Assembly: GCA_023261845.1 (NCBI GenBank)
Contig: JALNJZ010000001.1
Location: forward strand, 188,197-252,196
Direction: 5' to 3'
DNA from: Candidatus Terraquivivens tengchongensis
GTDB lineage: Archaea; Thermoproteota; Nitrososphaeria_A; Caldarchaeales; Wolframiiraptoraceae
DNA length: 64,000 nucleotides
The notes beneath the pieces are model-generated. The model saw only the letters and a list, made by a program, of their open reading frames with translations, searched no databases and had not been told where the DNA came from. Below, piece by piece: positions 10,736-18,376 of the stretch; positions within the stretch are counted from its first letter, which is position 1, and each line of letters begins with the position of its first letter. Position numbers and translations under genes: made by a program.

Positions 10736-10772
10736 GGCTTCCGTTATATTTTTTAGTTAGCCATATCTGGGA

Positions 10773-11042
10773 TTGTCTAAGATGGGCAAGGTAAGGACTA
10801 GGAAGGTCAAGAGGCTCGCCAGAGAGGTTTTAGAGCTTTACCGGGATAGGGTAAGCATGGATTTTGAAAAGAACAAACAACTCGTGCGGGAGATATTCGT
10901 GAGCGGAGTTTCTAAGAGGTTGGCGAACCGTATTGCTGGGTACATTACGTCGTTTATCAAACTACAGGCAAAAAAGGAGGCTGAATTGAAGGCAGAGAGC
11001 GCAACAGCTCAAACTGATACTGCTTCCGAAAAACCAAAATAA
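10773..11042 (+). CDS. rps17e: 30S ribosomal protein S17e
   Basis: MGKVRT...DFEKNK...SKRLANRIAGYIT signature. ATG at 10782 is the likelier start. Confidence 0.95.
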   Translation: MSKMGKVRTRKVKRLAREVLELYRDRVSMDFEKNKQLVREIFVSGVSKRLANRIAGYITSFIKLQAKKEAELKAESATAQTDTASEKPK

Positions 11043-11060
11043 GACCTGTATAGTTTTTAG

Positions 11061-11125
11061 TGTGTGATGAGGCTGACCTGCACCGAGAGCGCAAGCTCTA
11101 TGAAGAGCATACGCCTCACTGAAAT
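11061..11125 (+). ncRNA. Box C/D 2'-O-methylation guide sRNA
   Basis: Box C GTGATGA (11064-70), 12-nt guide, D' CCGA (11083-86), GAGC-GCAA-GCTC hairpin, C' ATGAAGA (11100-06), 12-nt guide, box D CTGA (11119-22). Wholly intergenic. Confidence 0.8.
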
Positions 11126-11151
11126 CCAACACTTATAGCGGTGTAGTTCCG

Positions 11152-11418
11152 ATGAAGGTGGAGTTGATAGGACATCTGAAGTCTGTTGTTGGTAAAGATG
11201 TGCTCGAGCTTAAGATAGAGGGTAATGTGCCGCTCTTGGAGGTACTAAAAATACTTCCCAAAGAATTAAAAGATATTTTGCTGAAAGATGGAAAGCTTAG
11301 GCCGGGCTTCCTCCTACTCCTTAATGGTTCAGACATTCGCTCGCTCAATAAGGATGTAAAGACGATAGTCCTAGATGGGGATGTGCTAACCATAATACCT
11401 ATAATACATGGTGGCTAG
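11152..11418 (+). CDS. MoaD/ThiS/Urm1-type ubiquitin-like sulfur carrier (SAMP)
   Basis: 88 aa beta-grasp pattern with LLNG..I and DGD, ending IHGG. Confidence 0.88.
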   Translation: MKVELIGHLKSVVGKDVLELKIEGNVPLLEVLKILPKELKDILLKDGKLRPGFLLLLNGSDIRSLNKDVKTIVLDGDVLTIIPIIHGG

Positions 11419-11986
11419 TTTGAGCCACTTTATGGCCACATCTGATTTACTTGTCGGAGTCTACGAAACCAAGATAGAAAGGCAGAACTTGAGAACACTT
11501 CTAGAAAAATTAAATGAGGTTTACGAATTGTTAAGACCATCTATTTGTCAGTTTTTCAACGCTGATAGAGTAATATCTGCTCTTTATGTAACCGCTGCAG
11601 TAACTGCAGCGATAATAGCATGGGAATCTAAAATGAACATTGCCAAACGACTTGAGGTAGAATTTCTTGTTAGGTTATCAGCCCAAGATCAAATAAGCAG
11701 GGCGATAGAACTTGTAGGCATATCTTATGAGACTGAAAGGATTGGTGTCTGCATCGTATCAAAGAGTGTGGAAAGTCTCGAGATGGCAAAATCACGGCTT
11801 GAGGCATTATTGGGTTGTAAATTGATACCATTTGTTGATAACCGGAGCACTTATATACTTAATGAATTGTCAAAAATTTATGATGTACCTGAGCAGGCCT
11901 TGAAGCTCATTCAAGCCGATAGTGAATTCAAGGCCCTTGAGCTTTTTTTAATAGAGAAAATTGCAATCTCACTCATATCCAGATGA
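11408..11986 (+). CDS. cgi121: KEOPS complex subunit Cgi121-like
   Basis: QFFNADRV, NIAKRLEVEFLVRLSAQDQISRAIELVG and LIEKIA match the Cgi121 pattern. Confidence 0.8.
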   Translation: MVASLSHFMATSDLLVGVYETKIERQNLRTLLEKLNEVYELLRPSICQFFNADRVISALYVTAAVTAAIIAWESKMNIAKRLEVEFLVRLSAQDQISRAIELVGISYETERIGVCIVSKSVESLEMAKSRLEALLGCKLIPFVDNRSTYILNELSKIYDVPEQALKLIQADSEFKALELFLIEKIAISLISR

Positions 11987-12619
11987 TCACATAAGTTTTA
12001 CGTTGAGTCTTGCCATTACAATTCTATCCTTTATTGCATTTAAAGATATGGCACCCTCCCTTAGCACTTTTACTATACCTCCCTCTATTTTTACAACCGT
12101 TGAAGCTATACAATGTAGACACTTTCCTCCGTCCAACACTATCTCGACACCTTCTGCTATATGTTTATCCAGTTCTGAGGTATCACAAGCTGGTGACATT
12201 CCGCTAATATTTGCGCTAGTTCCAACAATTAGACCTCCTGAAAGTCTTGCAAGCTCTATCGCTACTTGGCTTGCCGGAACCCTTACAGCAACCGTTGGAC
12301 TTCCACAGGTTACCTTTTCGAGCGACAACTTCTTCGGTAGGACTACTGACAATGCTCCTGGCCAAAATGCAGAACAAAATTCATAAGCGACGTCATCAAA
12401 CTCCGCTACCTTCTCAAGACTTTCTATAGAATCGCCTAATATCGGAACTGGGATGTCTTTACGTCCTTTTAAGGAGAAAATCCTAGAAACTGCTGCATCA
12501 TCAAACGGGTTACATCCTAAACCATATACCGTATCGGTAGGGTATACCACAAGACCGCCATCTTTGATTATTACAGAGGCAAGTCTTATCGCTTCTCTAC
12601 TAACTTTTAGCAACCGCAT
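11987..12619 (-). CDS. sua5: L-threonylcarbamoyladenylate synthase (YrdC/TsaC domain only)
   Basis: YPTDTVYGLGC, KGR, FWPGA, VRVP, TSANISG, STVV, LREGA. Confidence 0.92.
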   Translation of the reverse strand: MRLLKVSREAIRLASVIIKDGGLVVYPTDTVYGLGCNPFDDAAVSRIFSLKGRKDIPVPILGDSIESLEKVAEFDDVAYEFCSAFWPGALSVVLPKKLSLEKVTCGSPTVAVRVPASQVAIELARLSGGLIVGTSANISGMSPACDTSELDKHIAEGVEIVLDGGKCLHCIASTVVKIEGGIVKVLREGAISLNAIKDRIVMARLNVKLM

Positions 12620-12790
12620 ATACTACGCACCTAATTTAGTTCATTACAACGACGAAATTTTTGTAGCTTTAAACACATTATAGCCATGTAATCAGCGTTT
12701 TGCTTACACGATTTATAAGCCTTATGGAAACATAGTTTAGCTGACGAGTCTGAAAACTTAAAAATTAGCAATTGAGTGAAACAATACTAG

Positions 12791-12885
12791 GGGACCGTAG
12801 CTCAGCATGGTTAGAGCGTTCGAGCCGTAAAACGGCAACGAAGCTGATAACCGAAAGGTCGTGGGTTCGAATCCCACCGGTCCCA
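12791..12885 (+). tRNA. tRNA-Ile(GAT) with a 20-nt intron (12823-12842) at position 30/31
   Basis: GGGACCG/CGGTCCC acceptor stem, GCTC/GAGC D stem, spliced anticodon arm TTCGG-CTGATAA-CCGAA, GTGGG-TTCGAAT-CCCAC T arm. A bulge-helix-bulge motif flanks the intron. CCA is not encoded. Confidence 0.93.
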
Positions 12886-12905
12886 TCATCCCTAGTTAAC
12901 AAGTA

Positions 12906-13130
12906 TTAACCTTTTTTCTTCTTGGTAGTTAGTTCTTTAAATTTGACTATTATGATTTTTTTCTCCTTGGGTTCTATGCTGATCTTTACCTTTTCACCAA
13001 CCTTGAAAGGGTACTGACTATCCTCCGAAATAGCTCTAGGTATTGCTATCACATGATATTCGTACTTTTTCCCGGTCCTTTTATCATAGGCTGGCTTCCT
13101 TTGAATTTTCGTAATGCTTGTAAGAGTCAC
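12906..13130 (-). CDS. Small AbrB/MazE/SpoVT-like DNA-binding protein
   Basis: 74 aa, basic. YHVIAIPRAI...FKVGEKVKISI...KIII resembles the swapped-hairpin fold pattern. GTG start. Confidence 0.6.
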   Translation of the reverse strand: MTLTSITKIQRKPAYDKRTGKKYEYHVIAIPRAISEDSQYPFKVGEKVKISIEPKEKKIIIVKFKELTTKKKKG

Positions 13131-13306
13131 ATAAAATTTTTAGCAAAGACGGTATTTAACCTTTAGTATAATATTTTCCCAAAATAGCGTTCATTATTTT
13201 GGTGTAAAATAACGTTAAATTCGTTACAAATATTTGGGCATAAAAGCACATATTTCAAAGGGCTATTGTGTAAAAGGATTAATAAAGCCTTTACGAATAA
13301 GACCTT

Positions 13307-13381
13307 GGGGCCGTAGTCTAGCATGGTTATGACACCTGGCTTGGGCCCAGGAGGTCCTGGGTTCGAATCCCAGCGGCCCCA
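13307..13381 (+). tRNA. tRNA-Pro(TGG), intronless
   Basis: GGGGCCG/CGGCCCC acceptor stem, CCTGG-CTTGGGC-CCAGG anticodon arm, CTGGG-TTCGAAT-CCCAG T arm. Confidence 0.96.
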
Positions 13382-13562
13382 CTAACACTTTCTCGGAAAA
13401 GTGAATCGAGGATTGAGGAAAATGATTTATTAAGGGGACAGTTAGTTCGTCCATATTTCATATGTTTTGCCGGCAGTTCTAATGGTTATGTAGTGCTCCA
13501 TAAAAATGTTATAATATAATGTTGTTAAATGTTATATATACGTATACAAATGTGAGGTATTC

Positions 13563-14297
13563 ATGCTAAGAAAAAACGTACCCAAACTTGTCGTGTTTGA
13601 CTGCGATGGTGTTCTAGTTGATGGATACGTATCTATTTTCGTTGCTAAACATCTTGGTTTCGGTGATAAACTTATATCACTATATAAAGACCTCTTAAGT
13701 TCAAGGATCAGTTTCGAGCAAGCAATGGAAAAAGCGCTAAGATTATTCATCGGTATTAAGGAGGGTGAAGTTAAAGATTTGCTTATGCGGGTCCCTCTAA
13801 TGCGTGGTGCAGAAGAGACTATAAGGATTATGAAAAACAAGGGCATAGTTGTAGGAATCATAAGCACCGGTGCATCTCAGTATTTTCTGGACATTTTAGG
13901 GGAGATGTTCAAGCTTGATTTTTTTGTTGGTACACGTGTAAGAATCGAGGATGGTGTGTTTGTTGATATAGAGCACCCTATAGTTAACTTCGAGAATAAA
14001 GGCAAAATTCTTTCCGAAATAGCATCGCGATATGGTATTCCACTTAGCGAATGTGTTGCCGTTGGAGACGATACTTCTAACATACCGCTCTTTAAACTTG
14101 TAGGTATGAGTATAATGTTTGACTCAGGATGTTTAGAGCGCGAACTCCTGGGATTAAAATTGAATATTTTTGAATGGACAAGATTGCGTTTAATACTTTG
14201 GCTTGCAAAAAGACGTGTGAAGAAAAATGCTCACTATGTCGTCAAGTCTAGAAACCTTATGGATATTTTGAATATAATTGGTGTCATCCAATCTTAA
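13563..14297 (+). CDS. HAD-IB phosphatase (phosphoserine phosphatase-like)
   Basis: FDCDGVL motif I, ISTG motif II, NK motif III, VGDDTSN motif IV. Amphipathic basic insertion near the C-terminus. Confidence 0.85.
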   Translation: MLRKNVPKLVVFDCDGVLVDGYVSIFVAKHLGFGDKLISLYKDLLSSRISFEQAMEKALRLFIGIKEGEVKDLLMRVPLMRGAEETIRIMKNKGIVVGIISTGASQYFLDILGEMFKLDFFVGTRVRIEDGVFVDIEHPIVNFENKGKILSEIASRYGIPLSECVAVGDDTSNIPLFKLVGMSIMFDSGCLERELLGLKLNIFEWTRLRLILWLAKRRVKKNAHYVVKSRNLMDILNIIGVIQS

Positions 14298-15732
14298 GTT
14301 CGAATACACATTCATCATGTCCAGTAGCTTTGCACTTTATCTCTTTCGCATATGCCGGTTCTTTGAATATTACGGACGCAGCTCCTGAAAGCGCTCCAGT
14401 GATAGCAGAACAAATTGGAATTTCTGATGAAGTATCCTTACAAAGGAAGCAATCTGGAACTCTTACCCTGAAAACATTATTGTTGACAGTTTCTACGTCA
14501 CATTTTAACCTAAATCCAAAGTAGAGCGTTAACTTCATTATTTTTGATACATACTTCATATCAAGTTTAATTAGGGGATTTTCGCCTATCTCTTGAATTG
14601 CTTCTAAGGCCCTCTGTCTGCCTATTATCTGATGAAATTCTTCCTTAATCTTAAGGAATTTTTCAATCGCTTCCTTATATTCGGCTTCTGTATAACCGAA
14701 CATGTTTTTTAGGAATTCGAACATGAGTTTTCTCTCTCTATTATAGATGCTACCTGGAATCCTTGCACCTTCTTTTATGCCCAGAATTCTAAAGAAAAGC
14801 CACGAAGGCATGTTTAAGGCAAGCTTTGTCTTAAAACTTATCTGTTCTTTCTTTATCTGTTTAATATTTTTAATCGGTTTTTCTTCAACTTCAACGACGC
14901 GTAAATATCCTTGTAGTTCCCAGACGGCTATTTTCTTTAATAAATCATTAAAACTCTCGGGAAAAAGTAATTTAATATTTAGAAGAGTTTTATCATCAAA
15001 ATGCGAGAAAAACCATAAATATTCTGTAAGGGGTTTTGTTAACTCTTTATGGCTTATTTTTAATTTTAAACCCGTAAGATTCCTCTCATAATATCTTATT
15101 CTTTCGTCCACCAATTCAGGTGAAAGTTGTATCAATCTATCGGTCATTTCACCATACCATTCAATCAAAACTCTATTATCCTTGTATTCATATTTTACAG
15201 GTCTTAAGTTCCATTCTGGATGGCAACATTTTATGGGTATGAATTCACAAACATCTAACCTTTTTGTCTGTAACTTTCTGACTTCCAGACCTCCATCAAA
15301 AATCGCTAGAATCTTTTTCTCCATTTCAGGAAATGTTCCTTTTGGTAGCAAGTAGAACTCAATAGTCCTGTTGTTTCGTATTTCATACTTCCAAGTTTCC
15401 AGTAATTTCAAGATGACTTCATGTTCATATTTTATTAAAAGGTCCGCTAAATATTCATGAATAAGCACACTCTCTTGAGCACTCCTCCTTAATTCATTAA
15501 TTGTTATGCTTATGTCGTTCAGAGTCAACGGTGTTATGAACACTACTTCTTTTGTCGGCGAACGGTTCCATTCGAATATCAACCTCATTGGTCTTTGAGT
15601 TTTTATCAAGTTCATGAGGAAATGTAGTGCTTCACCGTATCCACCATCTAAAACAAGTAGTGCAGAGCCATAATAAATGTCAACTATTTTATCGAAAATT
15701 TCGTGTCCTGTTAAAAATTTTTCTTTTTCCAT
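14284..15732 (-). CDS. V4R-domain protein with an N-terminal degenerate KaiC/RecA-like domain
   Basis: C-terminal DCFLC...PIC...GALSG...EIKCKATGHDECVF is a V4R pattern. N-terminal TGHEIFDKI...GSALLV and IFDGGLEV resemble KaiC-like ATPases, but there is no GKT Walker A. Confidence 0.75.
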   Translation of the reverse strand: MEKEKFLTGHEIFDKIVDIYYGSALLVLDGGYGEALHFLMNLIKTQRPMRLIFEWNRSPTKEVVFITPLTLNDISITINELRRSAQESVLIHEYLADLLIKYEHEVILKLLETWKYEIRNNRTIEFYLLPKGTFPEMEKKILAIFDGGLEVRKLQTKRLDVCEFIPIKCCHPEWNLRPVKYEYKDNRVLIEWYGEMTDRLIQLSPELVDERIRYYERNLTGLKLKISHKELTKPLTEYLWFFSHFDDKTLLNIKLLFPESFNDLLKKIAVWELQGYLRVVEVEEKPIKNIKQIKKEQISFKTKLALNMPSWLFFRILGIKEGARIPGSIYNRERKLMFEFLKNMFGYTEAEYKEAIEKFLKIKEEFHQIIGRQRALEAIQEIGENPLIKLDMKYVSKIMKLTLYFGFRLKCDVETVNNNVFRVRVPDCFLCKDTSSEIPICSAITGALSGAASVIFKEPAYAKEIKCKATGHDECVFELKIG

Positions 15733-15795
15733 CCTATAGTATAAAGGATTTGGTAAGATTTATCTCTTTAATTAAATTTGTGCATGAATTGCTTT

Positions 15796-17145
15796 TTAAT
15801 GACACACTTGTATTAATCGTTCTCTTAGCATGTTCCATATCGAACCCAAGTCTTCCGGCATCGTAGTGAAGGGATTTGGTGGTCTTATAAATGTCAGTAA
15901 CTGACGGAGATTCTTCTCCCTTATCAAATATTTTCTTATAGAAAAGAGTCGAAGGAAGTTGCATACACTTATGAGCGCCTCACTGTCTATGAGTTGACCA
16001 ATTCGGTATTTCAAACCATCCCTTATCATGTTCAGACCCGCTACATGCAGTGCATCACCCAACTTAATTATATCGTTAAAGATACCAGCTTTTGAAAGTA
16101 TTTTAAAGGTCTTTACTGGTTCGATTTTATGGAGATCATCATATGATAACAGACCCCTCTCTATAGCGAGAAGTATGGCGCTATTAACAGAGTTTGACAT
16201 TATATCCTCATAGGCGTCCACGACGTCATCGTATACTCCTGCTGCCTTGAACACTAATGAGACACCTTGCTTCACTAACATAATCGACGCCATCTCATCC
16301 GAGGTCAAGTCACCCAAACTATTCTCGAAGAAGTAAAGATCTATATCAAACCAAACATCGCCTATGTTCTTCTCCAATATATATTCCATGTAATCAGCCA
16401 TCGTAGGAAGTTTATTCCTTTTCTTGTCTTTATGCAATAAGGAATCTATTTGTCCCATTATCAATTTTCTGACGTCTTTGACGTATAATTCAAACGTGCC
16501 GTATAGTTTATTTTCGTTCACATTGAACATCTTATATACCCAAGTTCCGATCTCTAACGCAGAATTTTCAGCTCTTGCTACCTTATCCTTACCTAAGTTT
16601 GGTTCGTATGTGCCCGTGGTATAGGCAGATATTAGATTTCTTAGAGAGGTAAGAGCGGCATCTAAATCATGAATGTTGTCGTTCAAGTTGTCGAGTAGCT
16701 TTACGCTAGTACCAAAAGATGTTTTCGCTATGGCTGCATGAATTATTTCCTCGTAAGAGCTAATCTTATGTAAGATCGGCAGAGAGCTTATTAGACCAAT
16801 GTAGGTAGCATATACCCAGTGCTTCCGCTTCATGTAGCCCAGTCTAAGGAGTTCCTCATAATCTAAGCAAAGAGGATTCTTAGATAAGTTATGTAGCATT
16901 TCCTCATATGTGTCTAAGAGCTTTAGGAGAGTTAATACGGTGTTCTTTATCTTAAGTGAGGGGTATTTATTTAAATTAATTAAGAAAGCTAAGGCCGAAA
17001 GTTTATAGAGAAAGTTTAGACCTTCTTCTCGGCACTTTTTCTCTATCTGTAGGGTTTTATACTCTTTATAAGTTAGATTCTGTTTAAACTTAAGAGTGTA
17101 CTTTTTGATTGTTTTACATTGTTCTGTCATAATATTAATTTTCAT
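15796..17145 (-). CDS. Class I isoprenoid synthase-fold protein (prenyltransferase/terpene synthase-like)
   Basis: LLDNLND (first Asp-rich motif variant), GQIDS (GQxxD-like), Y....EK, YDDVVDAYED (second DDxxD) appear in canonical order. Sequence looks all-helical. Confidence 0.75.
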   Translation of the reverse strand: MKINIMTEQCKTIKKYTLKFKQNLTYKEYKTLQIEKKCREEGLNFLYKLSALAFLINLNKYPSLKIKNTVLTLLKLLDTYEEMLHNLSKNPLCLDYEELLRLGYMKRKHWVYATYIGLISSLPILHKISSYEEIIHAAIAKTSFGTSVKLLDNLNDNIHDLDAALTSLRNLISAYTTGTYEPNLGKDKVARAENSALEIGTWVYKMFNVNENKLYGTFELYVKDVRKLIMGQIDSLLHKDKKRNKLPTMADYMEYILEKNIGDVWFDIDLYFFENSLGDLTSDEMASIMLVKQGVSLVFKAAGVYDDVVDAYEDIMSNSVNSAILLAIERGLLSYDDLHKIEPVKTFKILSKAGIFNDIIKLGDALHVAGLNMIRDGLKYRIGQLIDSEALISVCNFLRLFSIRKYLIREKNLRQLLTFIRPPNPFTTMPEDLGSIWNMLRERLIQVCH

Positions 17146-17152
17146 AACGGTT

Positions 17153-17182
17153 ATACATAGGTATTATGTATGAGTTATGTAT
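17153..17182. promoter_or_regulatory. Operator-like repeats immediately upstream of the isoprenoid synthase-like gene
   Basis: ATACATA-N5-TATGTAT inverted repeat (17153-17171) plus a second TTATGTAT copy (17175-17182). Confidence 0.35.
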
Positions 17183-17248
17183 AGAATGGTCAACGATGTG
17201 ATTTGCAGAAGGTTATATTAGTTACCTTTTAGAGGTTTTGAACTAACT

Positions 17249-18370
17249 ATGTTTAACGAGCTTGAAAGGATGGCAGCTGAGAAGGCTAAGGAGGCAGTTT
17301 ACTTAGATAAGATAGGCGCAAGGGAAAAAGCCTACGTAAAGTACAAGGAGGCTATTGACATTCTAACAAAACTTTACTTCATGACAGAAGACGATACGAT
17401 ACGCTCAGTATATCTTGAAAAGATTCGTGAATATCAGAGAAGGATTCAGCTTATGGATACAAAAAGGGTCGTGATTTCCGAAGGGGATGCTAAAACTACT
17501 GGTATTGAAGAAGGGACTGAATGGGTACTTAAAGACAGGCCCAGGGTTAACTGGGAGGATATAATAGGGATTGATGAGGCTAAGAGGGCAATAAGAGAAA
17601 GTATAGTATACCCAAAGATGAGGCCAGAATTATTCCCCTTAGGCTGGCCTACCGGTATACTGTTGTTCGGACCCCCTGGCTGCGGTAAGACACTCATAGG
17701 CGCTGCCGTTGCTAACGAAATAGACGCCGCGTTCTTCTACGTGGATGCTGCAACCGTCATGTCAAAATGGTTAGGAGAGTCTGAGAAAAATATAGCACAG
17801 CTTTTCGCAACGGCTAGGACCGCATGTAAAAAACAGGGTGCGGCCATAATCTTTATCGATGAAATAGATTCGTTGACATCGGTTAGATATATTGAAGTGG
17901 GTGGTGAAGCTAGGGCGAGGAATCAACTACTAAAAGAAATGGATAGTTTAACCGAAAAGGGCAAGAGGGAGTACCTATATGTGATAGGAGCAACAAACAA
18001 GCCTTGGATGCTCGATGAACCTTTCATAAGACGCTTTCAGAAGCGAATATACGTTCCTTTACCAAATCTTAATGCGAGAGCAGCCTTGTTTTCTTATTAT
18101 ACCAAAGACCTTAAGCTTGGTCAATCTGTTGATACATGGCAACTTGCCGTTATGACAGAAGGATATTCAGCGGCCGATATCCATGATATTTGTATGGAAG
18201 TTCAGCTGAAGGTCACCAGAGAATTTTTTGAAGAAGGGAACGCCGAAAAGACGGAGCCCAGAGTGATAGAAATGCAAGACTTCTTAGAGATTATTAGTAA
18301 GAGAAAATCATCAATAATTTTAGAAAATCTCAAGAAGTTAGAGGAGTGGGCAGCCAAGTACGCAACTTAG
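17249..18370 (+). CDS. cdvC: Vps4/CdvC AAA+ ATPase with N-terminal MIT domain
   Basis: MIT helices (A..AV..D..G...AY..Y..AI), FPLGWP, GPPGCGKT, IFIDEID, MSKWLGESEK, ATNKPW.LDEPFIRRF. Confidence 0.92.
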   Translation: MFNELERMAAEKAKEAVYLDKIGAREKAYVKYKEAIDILTKLYFMTEDDTIRSVYLEKIREYQRRIQLMDTKRVVISEGDAKTTGIEEGTEWVLKDRPRVNWEDIIGIDEAKRAIRESIVYPKMRPELFPLGWPTGILLFGPPGCGKTLIGAAVANEIDAAFFYVDAATVMSKWLGESEKNIAQLFATARTACKKQGAAIIFIDEIDSLTSVRYIEVGGEARARNQLLKEMDSLTEKGKREYLYVIGATNKPWMLDEPFIRRFQKRIYVPLPNLNARAALFSYYTKDLKLGQSVDTWQLAVMTEGYSAADIHDICMEVQLKVTREFFEEGNAEKTEPRVIEMQDFLEIISKRKSSIILENLKKLEEWAAKYAT

Positions 18371-18376
18371 AAGTTT

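Noticed and set aside
15734-15964. 76-aa ORF as a frameshift bridge fusing the synthase to the V4R protein
   Set aside because: It ends in its own stop before the V4R start, is out of frame with it, and mostly overlaps the synthase.
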